A stretch of DNA of 64,000 nt from Octopus sinensis (GCF_006345805.1 NC_042997.1:166780001-166844000); one strand, 5' to 3'. Positions 49,429-63,499 are shown, numbered from the stretch's first letter. Numbers and translations: made by a program. Notes: generated from the sequence alone by a model not told the origin.

Positions 49429-49887
49429 ACATTGTTAAATATAAACTGCATTTTTAGGATGGTAGGATGCGGTTTCAGGAAGATTAGAGAGTTTTTTCCT
49501 AGCAAATCCAATGATTATTTAAAGATTACTATCATAGTTCACAGTCATAATCTTAAAAATGTCTTTAAAACTTTTAACAGACGATTATTTCCAATTTAGG
49601 CACAAGACCAGCAGTTTTAAAGAGAAGAGTTAGTCGTTTTGGTGGGAGGAGGGACAATCGATACCATCGACTCTTGTACTTGACTACTGAAATGATAAAA
49701 GGGGAACCTGATCTCGGCGAGATTTGAACGCAGAACGAAATTATACATGGGAATGCTTTATCCGACTCAGTAACGATTTTCTCAAAGCTGCTTGTCAATT
49801 AGCGTAGACTTTTGTACATTAACTTGGTGACTGTTTACTAGGTATATATACTAAGATAAATATAGTGAAGGCTATGCTTGGTTGAGT

Positions 49888-50195
49888 GGAGGCACATGGC
49901 TTAGTCGTTTGAGCAGCGAACTCGCGGTTGTGGAATCGCGGGTTCGAATCTCAGACCGGGCGATGTGTGTGTTTATGAGCGAAACACCTAAGCTCCACGC
50001 GGCTCCGGCAGAAGGCAATGGCGAACTTCTGCGGAATTTTTCGCCACAACTTTCTCTGACTCTTTCCTCCTGCATCTTGCAGCTCCCCTGCGACGCACCG
50101 GCGTCCCGTCCAGGTGGGGAACCTATACGCCAAGGAAACCAGGAAACCGGCCCTTATGAGCCAGGCATGTCTCGAGAAGGAACAAACAAACAAAC
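49888..50195 (+). mobile_element. tRNA-headed SINE with V-domain-like core and (CAAA)n tail
   Basis: CTGCGACGCACCGGCGTCCCGTCCAGG resembles the V-SINE core. Imperfect 12-bp TSD ATGCTTG(G/A)TTGA at 49874 and 50196. Confidence 0.7.
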
Positions 50196-50796
50196 ATGCT
50201 TGATTGAAGATGGCCATAATAAATCAGACTCAAAGTTATCTCCTGTGAAAACTGTAATATAGCTATTAGTTATTAATATTTATATTTCTAGTTAAATTCC
50301 TGAAGTAAATACTGGTATTGACGGTAGGCCGAAATAGTATCTTTGAGGAATTATTTCACACCTGTCATAATGATACACGCTACAAATTGAATTGTGTGTT
50401 AACAACGAAGGCCGCGAGCTGGCAGAATCGTTAGCGTGCCAGGCAAAATGCTTAGCGGCATTTCATCCGTCTTCACGTTTTACAGTAAGAAAAATCCGCC
50501 GAGTTCGATCTTGTGTTTCATCTTTTCGAAGTCGTTAAAATAAATACCTATTAAGGACTGGTGTCAATTTAATCGACTTTCTCCCACCCACCCCCAAAAA
50601 TGTTGGTCATGTGCCAAAATTTGAATCTGTTTTCGCATTAACAATAATAAAAAAAAATGAACAAGAACATTGACTCTATTAAACGTTTTCCAAAGTTGCT
50701 TCCCTTGTTATTGAACTTTCCCCCTTTTGTCATTTCAAGTTTTTGTTTGCAAATCCTTTATACTGTGGCAATAAGAAAAATAAAAACGTAGGAAAC

Positions 50797-50848
<52 letters not shown>

Positions 50849-52194
50849 ATATACATACATATATACACAAAATAAGAAAATGGACCTTCGCCCATATAAT
50901 ACAATAAATGAACTAATTGCATTGCAATTGTAAGCATTTATATATTAGCCTTTTGGGTATTTCACTAGCAGTATATTGGATAAATGATATCCCATAGTGG
51001 GTTACACTCATAACCCCTATCTCACTTTCTACTATTATATATATATATATATAGGAGACCCATCGGTCATGAATGACTATGGGATTGTACCCAAAAAGTC
51101 CGGGCAAGGTTGTTTATGGAAGACCAGCAGTCGCGTTTGCTTACCAGCCTCCATTCCACGCGCCAGGATAGAAGCTTGCTTCTCAGCCACATGGTTCCGG
51201 GTTCAGTCCCACTGCGTGGCACCATGGGCAAATGACTTCTACTATAGTCTCGGGCCGACCAAAGCCTTGTGAGTAGATTTAGCAGATGGAAACTGAAAGA
51301 AGCCCGTCGTATATATATTTTCTTAATTGCCCTCAAGGGTCGAAACATAGAGGGGACAAACAAGGACAGACAAACGGATTAAGTCGATTACATCGACCCC
51401 AGCACATAACTGGTACTTAATTTATCGACCCCGAAAGGATGAAAGGCTAAGTCGACCTCTGCGGAATTTGAACTCAGAACGTAACGGCAGACGAAATACC
51501 GCTAAGCATTTGGCTCGGCGTGCTAACATTTCTTATTTCTTTATTGCCCACAAGGGGCTAAACATAGAGGAGACAAACAAGGACAGACAAAAGGATTAAG
51601 TCGATTGCATCGACCCCAGTGCATAACTGGTACTTATTTAATCGACCCCGAAATGATGAAAGGTAAAGTCGACCTTGGCGGAATTTGAACTCAACGTAGT
51701 GGCAGATGAAATACCTATTTGTTTACTACCCACAAGGGGCTAAACACAGAGGGGACAAACAAGGACAGACAAACGGATTAAGTCGATTACATCGACCCTA
51801 GTGCGTAACTGGTACTTAATTTATCGACCTCGAAAGGATGAAAGGCAAAGTCGAACTCGGTGGAATTTGAACTCAGAACGTAACGGCAGACGAAATACGG
51901 CTACGCATTTCGCCCGGCGCGCTAACGTTTCTGCCACCTCACCGCCTTAACCGAAATTACTCTCTTGCCAACCCAATATATATATATATATATCCTTTAT
52001 TTTTAATCTTTTGCGTGTTTCAGTCATTTGACCGTGGTGGTGCTGGGACGACCTCCATGAAATTTTAGTTGAATGTATCGACCCCAGTACTTATTTTTGT
52101 TTCTTTTGCCGAACAGCTAAGTTACGGAGAAGTAACATACCAGCACCAGTTGTCAAACTGTAGTGAGGAACAAACACGGATACAAAGGCACACA

Positions 52195-52262
<68 letters not shown>

Positions 52263-52464
52263 ACACATATATATACACGTTGGGCTTCTTTCAGTTTCCG
52301 TCTAACGAATCCACTCACAAGGCTTTGTTTGGCCTGAGGAGTAGAAGACATTTGCTCAAGGTACCATGTAGTGGGACTGAACCTGGAACCATGTGTTTAG
52401 TAAGTAAGCTTCTTACCACTCAGCCACGGGTACGTATACATAGTCTTGCACCTACGTGCACGTA

Positions 52465-52497
<33 letters not shown>

Positions 52498-52984
52498 TTA
52501 TTAATCACCGGGAAAAGGAAAGGAAATATCGAGTAGGGAATGTAACTAAATACTATAAGGCATACTTCTCCCACCTCCACTCCACTCCACCGATTCTGAC
52601 ACTTCATGACCGCGACGGCGACCCTTAGGATTACCTGACAGGGAGTTGTGACCCATTCGAAAGACTGTAATTCATAGCAAAGCGGTTTATCCGTCAGAAG
52701 AAGAAAGTGTGCACATGGAATGGAGACAGTATCACGTAACAAAAATGATAAGAGGAGAGAGTATAATTTACAGAAGGTTAATGAGACAATAATTTATAGA
52801 ATTGCGATACTGTAACTTATACATATGAAGGACACATGGCTAGTGGTTAGAGCATCGGGTTACAATCATGATTCCCGGACCGGGTTGTATGTGGTGTTCT
52901 TGAGCAAGACACTTTGTTCCACGTTTCTCCATACTGCACGCTCTAATATGAATTATTGAATTATATGGAGTGCAAGGTGACACT

Positions 52985-53520
52985 CTGGCCATTTTCACTG
53001 TCCATTTTCATTGTCCAGCCTATTCTCGGTACGGCTGCATAGTGGAGGCAGGCAAGATGGATTCAGTTACAGCATGATAGTTAATATTGTTGGTGGTGTG
53101 GATCCCAGTACAGTGTTTGGAGTAAATGTGGTTATTGATATTGCAACTATTTATGAGTGTATGTATTCCTTATAATCGGCTCAGTAGAATTAATGCCCTC
53201 AGGATGTAGTGTTTTGGGGTTATTTTTTTATGTAAGTGATTGGGAATGTGCGAGTTAGATCTTGTTGCGCAACATTTATGTCTTTCTAAAATGATCCTTC
53301 ATTTTTTAGTATTTTATTTCTTTATATACATGCTTTATAGATGTTGTCTTTGTACAACCAGTTACAATACATAGAGCATTATTTGTTCAACTTGCAGATT
53401 ATTGTAGTTTGAGTAGGTGAGAATAACAGAGTTTAAGTGCATCAGATTACAAGAGGAAGGTATTTAGTTTGACTTCTGTGACTTGCGCTAAGAGGAGAAG
53501 TCACATTTAGTATTTGTATT
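52985..53520 (-). mobile_element. Decayed 3' fragment of an I-group LINE
   Basis: Frame-corrected LQVEQ.NALCIVTGCTKTT..KHVYKE.K.L..KDH resembles the post-RT LQ..QN.ALR..TGC motif. Confidence 0.45.
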
Positions 53521-54369
53521 TACACAAATAGAGTCCCACTTAAGTGATATAACGAGTACGAAAATTTTGAATATATCAGATTATTCTCGTAAGTCTAGAA
53601 AATTAACAAGCAGGAGAAATAACTCAATGAAAATTAAGAAAATGACTTATTTTTTTAGAAAATAAAAGCAATGCAATGTGGAAGTAGATACTGTCTTTAG
53701 CCAAGTAACGAAGGAGTATATTAGAGATTTTCAGTGGAGTGAATGATAATTCTACGCAGTAAAAGCAGGTATGATGTGCAGGTTTGTTGGTATAACCGGT
53801 GTCGTTCCTCTGAGCATCACAATTGTAGTAACTTCCAAAATACACATCTCACAAGACAGCATAAACAATATAATCTAGACCGAGTTTGATAAAAACCAGG
53901 GAGGATGTCAGATACAATACTCCAACAAAAATAAAATTCAGCATCAGGAAACAAAACATCCTTTATTTTTTAAATGGCTTAGACAGAGAAGGAAATCATG
54001 CATCCATGAACCGTTGCAGGGTCTCCGTGACTAGGTGGAAGAAGGAAGTTTTCTTTGGACTGAGACCGTGTCCAAATGCTTGCAACAGAACAGACAAGAG
54101 GAACAGGTGGTGGTGTTAAAGTAAGTCGCACGTTAAGGCTATCACCTATACTTCTCATCCTCTCATACACTCTTTGAAAAAAATCATAGAAAAGATTTAT
54201 CGTTGACATCATTGATCTACACATTCCTCTTCTACACGCTTCATTCATCGATTTAGACCACCACAATGAAGCAGCGCACTCCTCAGAAACCTTAGAATAT
54301 ATAACAGCTTCGACTACAAAACCTCCCCCAAACACCTATTTAGTCTACCATCAGCATCAGCAAAGCTTT

Positions 54370-55222
54370 TGAATTTGCTCTTTGATAATCTCACATAAAC
54401 AACCACTTTTCCGAATGTACGGATTCGTTTTACCTATCAAATATGAGACAAAGTGGAAGCCTTTATGTGTTCACTGGATCTTCAAGAAATATCAAGCAAA
54501 TCTCTCACACAGACAGTGTAATCTTAAATACGCTTTTTCCCTTACTCGCATACATTGATCATCACTTTTCCATAGCGTGACAGACACACAGATATTTTAC
54601 ATCACAGGAATGTACTCTTAGCATTGTGGTTACGCTACTTTATCTTTTTGCTCCTCTGTCACAATACGAGCATACGAGTATATTGGAGCTCAGTGCTATT
54701 AGCTAATAAACAAACATGCTAATCAATTTTTGCATTGTTGCAGTTGACTGTAGTAATGAGTGGCACCTACATACAGCAAGGTTGGTTGTGGCATTTAGCG
54801 TTAAATATTTTGACCATGAACAATGCACCGGACAGTTAACATGATACGTACCTTTGACCACATCAGTCGGTTGTCTGATTTTCTGTAACCCCCACCATCC
54901 ACAGATTTCTAACTGGATCTAAATTTTACTCTCATCTAAACCCTAGAGATACAGTTCAGTAAGAATGATCTTGATCTGCCACAAACAAGAGATGAAAGCA
55001 GGTTTATAGATCTTTATAATTTATGAAATAACTTTTTTTTAAATTGTGGTTATAATTTCTTTTTCTATCAGACAGTGATATTAAAATCTTTAGGGCGTCT
55101 GAAATTTTCTCGAAGGAATCGTATTTGATTTTCAGAGAATTATTGGCATGCTGGCAATAGTCAGATTACTTCAGTTCAAATGACGGCAATTTCGAGAATT
55201 TTATTTACTTCAAAGGGTTAAA
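54370..55222 (+). pseudogene. Highly decayed piggyBac-like transposase with a candidate right end (...AAAGGG-TTAA)
   Basis: Ordered remnants L.FPNVRIRFT, PIKY..KW..LC and TD-RYFTSQEC resemble piggyBac DDD motifs. Terminus AAAGGGTTAA at about 55213-55222. Confidence 0.45.
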
Positions 55223-56833
55223 TTAATTGGGTACAGGAAATAAGAACTACAAGTGGGTTCTGTAAATAATACAGCGGAACATATTATAAAATCATCGTGC
55301 AGAGACTCCCATGGGAGCTGAGAAAATGCTTCGTCAAATATACACCCAAACCTCAGCAGCATTACTCATACCTACGCCACTTTGAATTACAATTACACAT
55401 TTTTGTAGGATCTTTGAATTACAGGCTTTTGCGCAATTTCCATCCGTCCATTTCCAGCCGTAACGTTTGGGTCGACTGCAGGCTATCGCAAACGACAACT
55501 GTCTAAAATATTCCTCAATGGAGTCGAACATGGTTGCCCGAGGTTACGAAGCGTATATTTTACGATTTGGCTAAGCCGCGTTCACAATTTCACAGTAAGG
55601 AAATAAACAAAACAAACCTTTCAAAGTTAACTGAACGATCTAAAATAAAAGAAAATATTTTTTACATTAAAGCTATTTGAAATTCTCCAGCACGTGTGTT
55701 TTTCCTGTGGATGAAATTCTTCAAATAGTTTCTTTAAAAATTTGTTAATGTCACTTTATTTCGTGGACTTCCATTTTGTTGTGATAATTATATTTTGACC
55801 ATATGTGGCTACATAAGTTGTTGCAAAAAATATATATTTACTGCGTCTGAAAGAGAAAAATAACATTTCAAGCAGCCCCTTATTTCCTTCCTTTTTACAT
55901 TTTATTTTTCAGAAATAATCACTTAAGATTGACACTACATACTGTATGTGATCTTTCAAGAGATTTTATCAGCCAAGTAGACACTTTAGCTGAGGCTTAG
56001 GGAAATTCTGCTAAATTCATGGTTGTAAATTCAATCGCGAGTAATTAAATTACGATAAATACATCGTTTGTAATTTCATTAGTTGGTAATTTTATCACAA
56101 TACAATTACACTGCGAGCCAATGCATCTCGTCATGCCAAATACACCGTCGGTAGATTCATTGTCATGTTTTATATCTTTAATGTAAATACATTAGCTGAA
56201 GTTTTTATCTACAGTAAATACGTCGCATTTCATTGACTGTGAAAATCAAATTCAAAGATAAAAAATTTGGTTGCGCGATTAAGAAGCTCGCTTTGCATCT
56301 AGTCACGTGGTTTCAGGATCAGTCCCCCTGCGCGGCAACTTAGGCAAGTGTTTTCTACTATAGCCATGGGTCAACTAATGAATTATGATTAAATTTGGCA
56401 TAGAAACTGCGTGGAAGCCCATCGCAAACATACGTGCATTTATTTTTATGTATGTGTGTGTGTGTTTGTCTTTGTACTTGTCCTCTCCAACCGCTTGGCA
56501 ACCGGTGCTGGTTTGTTTACGCCCCCTCCATGACTTAGTGGTTCTGCTAAAGAAATCGATATAAATAAGTACCAGACTTAAAAATAAGTCGATTTGTTTG
56601 ACTAAAACCTTTCAAGGCATTGTTCCAGTTGTTCAATGATAAAAACAAATTAAAAAAATGACCGATAATATCAAATTATAAACTTAACCAATTTATAGAT
56701 AAATATAAACTTATAATTATAAACTTAATTATAAGTTTATAATTATAAACTTTACCAGTTTATAGATAAATGAACAAATGGATTTTGAATAATTCTTTTT
56801 TTGGAATGATGAATCTCTAAGCAGTTAAAGGTG

Positions 56834-57006
56834 TAAATAATAGCGTGTAACATTGGGTTAAAAAAATCTTTGGAAAGAAAAAGTCGAAGGTTGCCCATGA
56901 GACACCCATATCTCCTGTATGCATGACGGACAGTCTACCATTTTTAGCCTTCGACTTTTTCTCTCCAAAAGAATTTTTTAAACCAACATTTATACGCTGT
57001 TATTTA
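56834..57006. repeat. Inverted repeat with ~58-bp arms (MITE-like)
   Basis: 56834-56890 pairs with 56948-57006 at about 80-85% identity, estimated by eye. Confidence 0.8.
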
Positions 57007-58967
57007 TAGCTTTATGAAGGCAGCGACCAGGCAAAATCGTTAGCACGGTGGACAAAGTACTTAGCAGCATTTCGTCCGTCTTTACGTTCTGCGTTCAAAT
57101 TCCACCGAGGTGGACTTTACCTTTCGTCCTTTCGGGTTCGTTTATCACGCTCCCTTCATCATTCGTCGAAGACCTTAAAAATTTTTTTATTACCACGTTG
57201 AGCCTCTATCACACGGGCCCATCCAGCGTCTTTGATTCCTTCCTGTCCTACTGCACGGAATTCCTAAGTTTCGAGACTATCTATCAAAAGCGAAACCATT
57301 CTAATGTTTTCTCTATATTCAGAATTTCTGAGAGTTAACTTTGACGACGATAAGCGGTCCTGAACCAAACCTCTAAATAACATGACTCGAGATTTTGTGA
57401 AAATAAGTCAATAATATAAACAACTGATGTAAATAACATATAGGAACCGTACATCACTCCAACTACTTACTAATAGGTATCATCTATTGTAGCAACAGTA
57501 ATAAATATGTGAGTGCTACACAACCAATTCTGTTTAATTCCGTAAACCTTGATAATTGAGAGTGATTAGCGTAAACAATTAATTGAGTTTTCAAATTACG
57601 CTATAAATTACAAGAATTCAACACATTTCTTTCTGCTATAGATACAAGACCTAGAGTTTTGTAGGAGGGGGATAAGCGGCTACATCAACCGAGTGTTTAT
57701 TTTATCAACTCCAAAAGAATGAAAAAAAGTCGACGTCGATGGGATTTGAACTCAGAATGTAAAGAGGCGGAAGAAATGCTGCTAAGCGTTTTGTACAGCG
57801 CACTAACGATTCTGCCCCCTCGCCGCCTTCAAGATTGCAATATATTATCAGTAGAAGGCGGCGAGCTGGCAGAAACGTTAGCACGCCGGGCGAAATGCTT
57901 AGCAGTATTTCGTCTGCCGCTACGTTCTGAGTTCAAATTCCGCCGAGATCGACTTTGCCTTTCATCCTTTCGGAGTCGATAAATTAAGTACCAGTTACGC
58001 ACTAGTGTCGATGTAATCAACTTAATCCGTTTGTCTTTCCTTGTTTGTGCTCTCTGTGTTTAGCTCTATGTGGGTAGTAAGAAATAGGTATTTCGTCTGC
58101 CGCTACGTTCTGAGTTCAAATTCTGCCAGGTCGACTGCTTTCATCTTTCGGGTCGATTAAATAATTACCAGTTACGCATTGGGGTCGATATAATCGACTT
58201 AATCCGTTTGTCTGTCCTTGCTTGTCGTCTCTGTGTTTAGCCCCTTGTGGGTAGTAAAGAAATAAGGATTTCGTCTGTCTTTACGTTCTCAGTTCAAATT
58301 CCGCTGAGGTCAACTTTGTGTTTCGGGGTCGATAAATTAAGTACCAGTTGCGTACTGGGTTCGATCTATTTGACTGGCCTTCTCCCCCAAAATTTCGGGC
58401 CTTGTGCCTAGAGTAGAAAAAAATATGTTATCAGTAGAAGGCGGCGAGCTGGCAGAACCGCTAGCACGCGGGGCGAAATGCTTAGCGGTATTTCGCCTGT
58501 CTTTAGGATCTGAGTTCAAATTCCAACGAGTTCAACTTTGCCTTTCATCCTTTCGGGGTTCGGAAAAATAAGTACCAGTTGAGAGCTGGGGTCGATGTTA
58601 TCGACTTAGCTCTTCCCAGAAATCTGATAGCCTTGGGCTAAAATTTGGAACCATTATAGTTATTATTCTCTCGCCACATTTCGTCTGTGCTTTTGCCAAA
58701 ATTTGAAATTAATATCTTTTATCTTTTAGTTATTCTAGTCGTTAGACTGCGGCCATGCTGGGGCACCACCTTGGACATTTAGTCGTATGAATCGGCCCCA
58801 GTACTTATTTTTTAAAGCCAGGTGCTTATTTTATCAGGCTCTTTTGCGGAACCGCTAAGTTACAGTGATGCAAATACACCAACACCGGTTATAAAGCGGT
58901 GGTGGTGGGGGAGGGACAAAGAGATAGAAAGACACACAGGTATACACATATATATATATATATATAT

Positions 58968-59270
58968 GTAGGTCCCGGGTTGATTCGGGGTTAACCACAG
59001 TAAATAAGGTACTCAATACATAGCAGAGTAAAATTAATTTATTATATAGAAGGAGCTTCTTACAGGACTAGAACTGTTTCATTCAAGAGAAATCTTCAGG
59101 AAGCTAGTTAACAAGAATTGTATTGGCATTTATACATTTAGGCAGGTTTAAAGGGGTGGTGGTGGGGGACTTTTGGGGGTAGGCATAGCGCAAAATATCA
59201 TACTTGGGGGAGTGGTCAAGGAGTCAGTGGTAAATTAGATAAAGGAATAAATAAAAAAATAAAAAAATAT
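58968..59270 (-). mobile_element. PLE pLTR fragment (family F) with hammerhead at 59055-59104
   Basis: Near-identical to the reverse complement of 3067-3200. gcttc-CTGAAGA...GAAA-cagttctagtcctg-TA-a-gaagc has one extra A. Abuts (TA)n. Confidence 0.75.
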
Positions 59271-59319
59271 AATATAAAAAAGAATAGAGTTTTAGGTAAA
59301 TAAGGAGATCTCACTTATA

Positions 59320-60549
59320 CCTATACACATATGTATACATATATACACACACATACATACATATATACATACACACATACATACACACACACATATACAT
59401 ATATACACATACACATACATATACATATCTACACATACATATATATATATATATATATACATACACTCACTCACATGCATACACGTATACAACATGTATA
59501 TATACACAAACGACCCACAATACATATACACACAGAAAAATATATATACATACACACATACACACATGCACACACAGCACACTAGTCCCTATATACACAT
59601 ATATACACATACACACATATATATACATACACATACATACACATACATATATATATATATATACATATGTGTACCTATACATACCTACACATACACACAT
59701 ATATATACATACAAATACAGACCCATTCCCTAATTTTAATTTTATTATCTTCATTTATTACTTTTGTTATCTTTGACCGCTGGTCCCAAGGATCTTGGCT
59801 ATGACAGCAAGTCCATTTATCTGTCTACTTGAAAACAAGCACTCATTCACGCACGCACACTCATTAGCACGTACACTCACTCATTCGTACACTCATACAC
59901 ATACACGCACGCACGCGTTATATCCATACATACATACATCTACATACATTTACGTATATACACATATGTACGCGTACCTACAGATTCATGTCTACACTCT
60001 TAGAAGGCTAGTCTATACATATACACCAATAAATATATATATATACACACATACATATACACCTACATACAAATACACACAATATATATATATATATATA
60101 CACATACATATATATACACATATATATACATATATATATATATATACACAAATATATATACACACATATATATACACACATACACATACATACGTATACA
60201 TACATACATAGATCCATACATCCATACATACATACATTTATACACATACACACACCCATATATATATATATACACACACATACATACATATACATACATA
60301 CATATACAAATATACGCACACACATACATACATACACATATACACATACACGCACATACACATGTACATGCGTACCCATACACACACACACACACACGCG
60401 CATCCATATATACACACACACACATATACATGTGTGCATACATACATACTCATACACGCACACACACTTACATATACATATATGCACACACTTACACACA
60501 TATATACATACACATATACATACATACATACATACATATATGCATACGT

Positions 60550-60582
<33 letters not shown>

Positions 60583-60605
60583 ATATATATTATATATATA
60601 TATTA
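59320..60605. repeat. Cryptic (TA/CA/TACA)n satellite tract
   Basis: Visible directly. All track ORFs here are repeat artefacts. Confidence 0.9.
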
Positions 60606-62205
60606 TGTGACAGGATTCTTTCAGTTTCCATCTACCAAATCCGCTCACAAGTCTTTGGTCGGCTCGTGGCTATAGTATAAAAAGAACACTTGCTCAAGGT
60701 GCCACACAGTGGGACTGAACCTGGAACCATATGGTTGGGAAGCAAACTTTGCACCACATAGCCACGCTTTTATTATTCTTTCGGAGCATTTCGCCAGTCT
60801 TTACGTGCTGCGTTCAAATTCAACCGAGGTCGACTTTGCTTTTCTTCCTTTCAGAGTCCATAAATTATCTACCGTTCGCCCAAAATTCGAAACCGACATA
60901 TTTATTCTTCATTTTCTTTTTGTCCTTCGAACTGAGATTTGAACTTAAAATTCAGAACTAAATGTACTGTAAACTCTCTTGTCTGTAATTAACGTTTCAC
61001 AATGCTTACTTACAGAGATATGATTCTTAAAATATCTTGAAATCGGATGCAAAGCTTTCTGGGATAATTATCAGTAATGTATTCAAGGGTGTGGAGTGCG
61101 ATTTATTTTCTCTATCAGTCACAGAATCTAGAAGTAAACAGTGATCATATGAAACCATGTGATTTGTGGAATGAAATTCACAGTATTTAAAATAGGCGCA
61201 GGAGTGGCTGTGTGGTAAGTAGCTTGTTTACCAACCACATGGTTCCGGGTTCAGTCCCACTGCGTGGAACCTTGGGCAAATGTCTTCTACTATAGCCTCG
61301 GGCCGACCAAAGCCTTGTGAGTGGATTTGGTAGACGGAAACTGAAAGAAGCCCGTCGTATATATGTATATATATATGTGTGTGTGTGTTTGTGTGTCTGT
61401 GTTTGTCCCCCTAACATTGCTTGACAGCCGATGCTGGTGTGTTTATGTCCCCGTCACTTAGCGGTTCGGCAAAAGAGACCGATAGAATAAGTACTAGGCT
61501 TACAAAGAATAAGTCCCGGGGTCGAGTTGCTCGATTAAAGGCGGTGCTCCAGCATGGCCGCAGTCAAATGACTGAAACTAGTAAGAGAGTAAGAGAGGTA
61601 AAGATCACTTTTGCGAATGAGGAAACGGTGGAGTACGCGAAGTAGCCTGAATAGCCAGAAAGCATGGAATATGTAACCCAAGGAAATATATTAATTTTGT
61701 ACATAAAGCGGCCAACTGATGCATTGGTTTCTCTGTAAACAGTTTGACATCTAATATCACATTAAGCTTACTCGTTGCTGAAATCTGTCTGAAGTATGAT
61801 TTATGAGTCGAAAGTGGTCGTGAAATGAGGACGAACTTAGCCATCTAATAGAGAAAAAATGAAATCCTATCTGAAACTTGATATACCATTTACTTTACTC
61901 TGTATTGACAGTGATAAAAACGACTTTATCAATTTCGTTCATGAAACTAATGTAATCCTTCTTGACGTTCTTGTGTCTCGTCTCTTCGTTTGGTTTACAG
62001 GACTACTTCACATTTATCGCCTGCGTTAACACATTTTCCTCCTCAAATCTCGTGTGATCGGCTCTTGTTCTCGTATTTCATACGAGCCAGCAATCATTTT
62101 GTCTTGGTTCTTCTTCAGTAGCAAAACCGAAGTCTTCTAAACTTTCTTCCACATACTGCCACACATGTAAACTGCAGTGATTAGCTAGTATGCGTGTGTG
62201 TGTGC

Positions 62206-62274
<69 letters not shown>

Positions 62275-62318
62275 ATCTATCTACTATCTATCATCTATCT
62301 ACGGACATACATACACAC

Positions 62319-62362
<44 letters not shown>

Positions 62363-62671
62363 TATATATGTATATAGTATATATATATATGTTATATTTG
62401 TATATATATATGTATATATATATATGTATATGTATACTATATATATATGTATATATATATATGTATTATATATAATGTATATAATATATGTATATATATA
62501 TATATGTATATGTATATATATATGTAATATATATATATGTATATATATATATTGTATATTATATATATGTATATATATATGTATATATATATATATGTAT
62601 ATATATATGTATATATATGTATATATATATATGTATAAATGTATGTTATATAAGGTATATATATATGTATA

Positions 62672-62966
62672 TGAAGGGTGAAATAATTAATTTGGAATAA
62701 TTATCAATTACACCAAGTAGTCTTCGGCATGTAAAAAGCCTCATTTGAGGAAAATTAAGTAATATAAGCAATAAGGGTTCAGCAACGAATTGCCTTACCA
62801 CATCCGAATTTAGAAATAGCAGTCAAAGGGTTATAGCTATTTTCTACTAAAAAGGGAGTGCTGTTTTACTGAGTCTCCCTTTTTAGTAGAAGAAATAGCT
62901 ATAACCCTTTGACTGTATTTCTAAATTCTGTATGGTATAGCAATCGTTGCTGAACCCTTATTGCTT
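62672..62966. mobile_element. PLE-like terminal fragment with ~93-bp inverted arms, embedded in (TA)n
   Basis: 62766-62858 pairs with 62875-62966 around a 16-nt loop. A unique extension runs 62672-62765. TA-rich tracts lie on both sides. Confidence 0.55.
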
Positions 62967-63085
62967 TGTATATATATATGTATATATATGATAATGTATA
63001 TAATATGTATATAGTATATTATATGTATATATATATATGTATATATATGTATATATGTATATATATATATGTATATATATGTATA

Positions 63086-63497
63086 TAACTTAGAATAACT
63101 TAGAAAGGTTTTGGCCAGTATTGGCCCAGGCCATCTCTAACTTAATAGCACCACCTGGCGAAGTCTTTCAATTCAGGATTTGGGCACCGAGGCCCATTCG
63201 AGCAGAGAGTTATTGTTTGCGGAGACATATCCGGGTGTGGGTGGTTTGTCCGGGACTGTTTGAAGGAATTTGTCCAAAGACTTCTTGAATTTTGTGTGAT
63301 CAGTTTCTGTTTTGACGTGTTCTGGTGTAAGAGCGGGTCCAATTGAGGTGGTGAAATAATTGTGCCGTATTGTCGTTATGTGATGCGATTTAGATTTTTG
63401 TTGTGGACAGATGGTACGTGGTCCAATCCTTGGATGTATTTTGAAGGTGATGCCAACATCATTCGGACAGTGCTGATGGAATATTTTCCACATCATA
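63086..63497 (-). mobile_element. 3' end of a CR1/L2-group LINE
   Basis: [32 protein letters not shown] is a typical CR1-like C-terminus. Tandem (TTCTAAGTTA)n 3' tail. Confidence 0.7.
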
Positions 63498-63499
63498 CA

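Noticed and set aside
53979-54335. 118-aa minus-strand track ORF
   Set aside because: No known motif; it lies antisense and adjacent to the probable decayed transposon.
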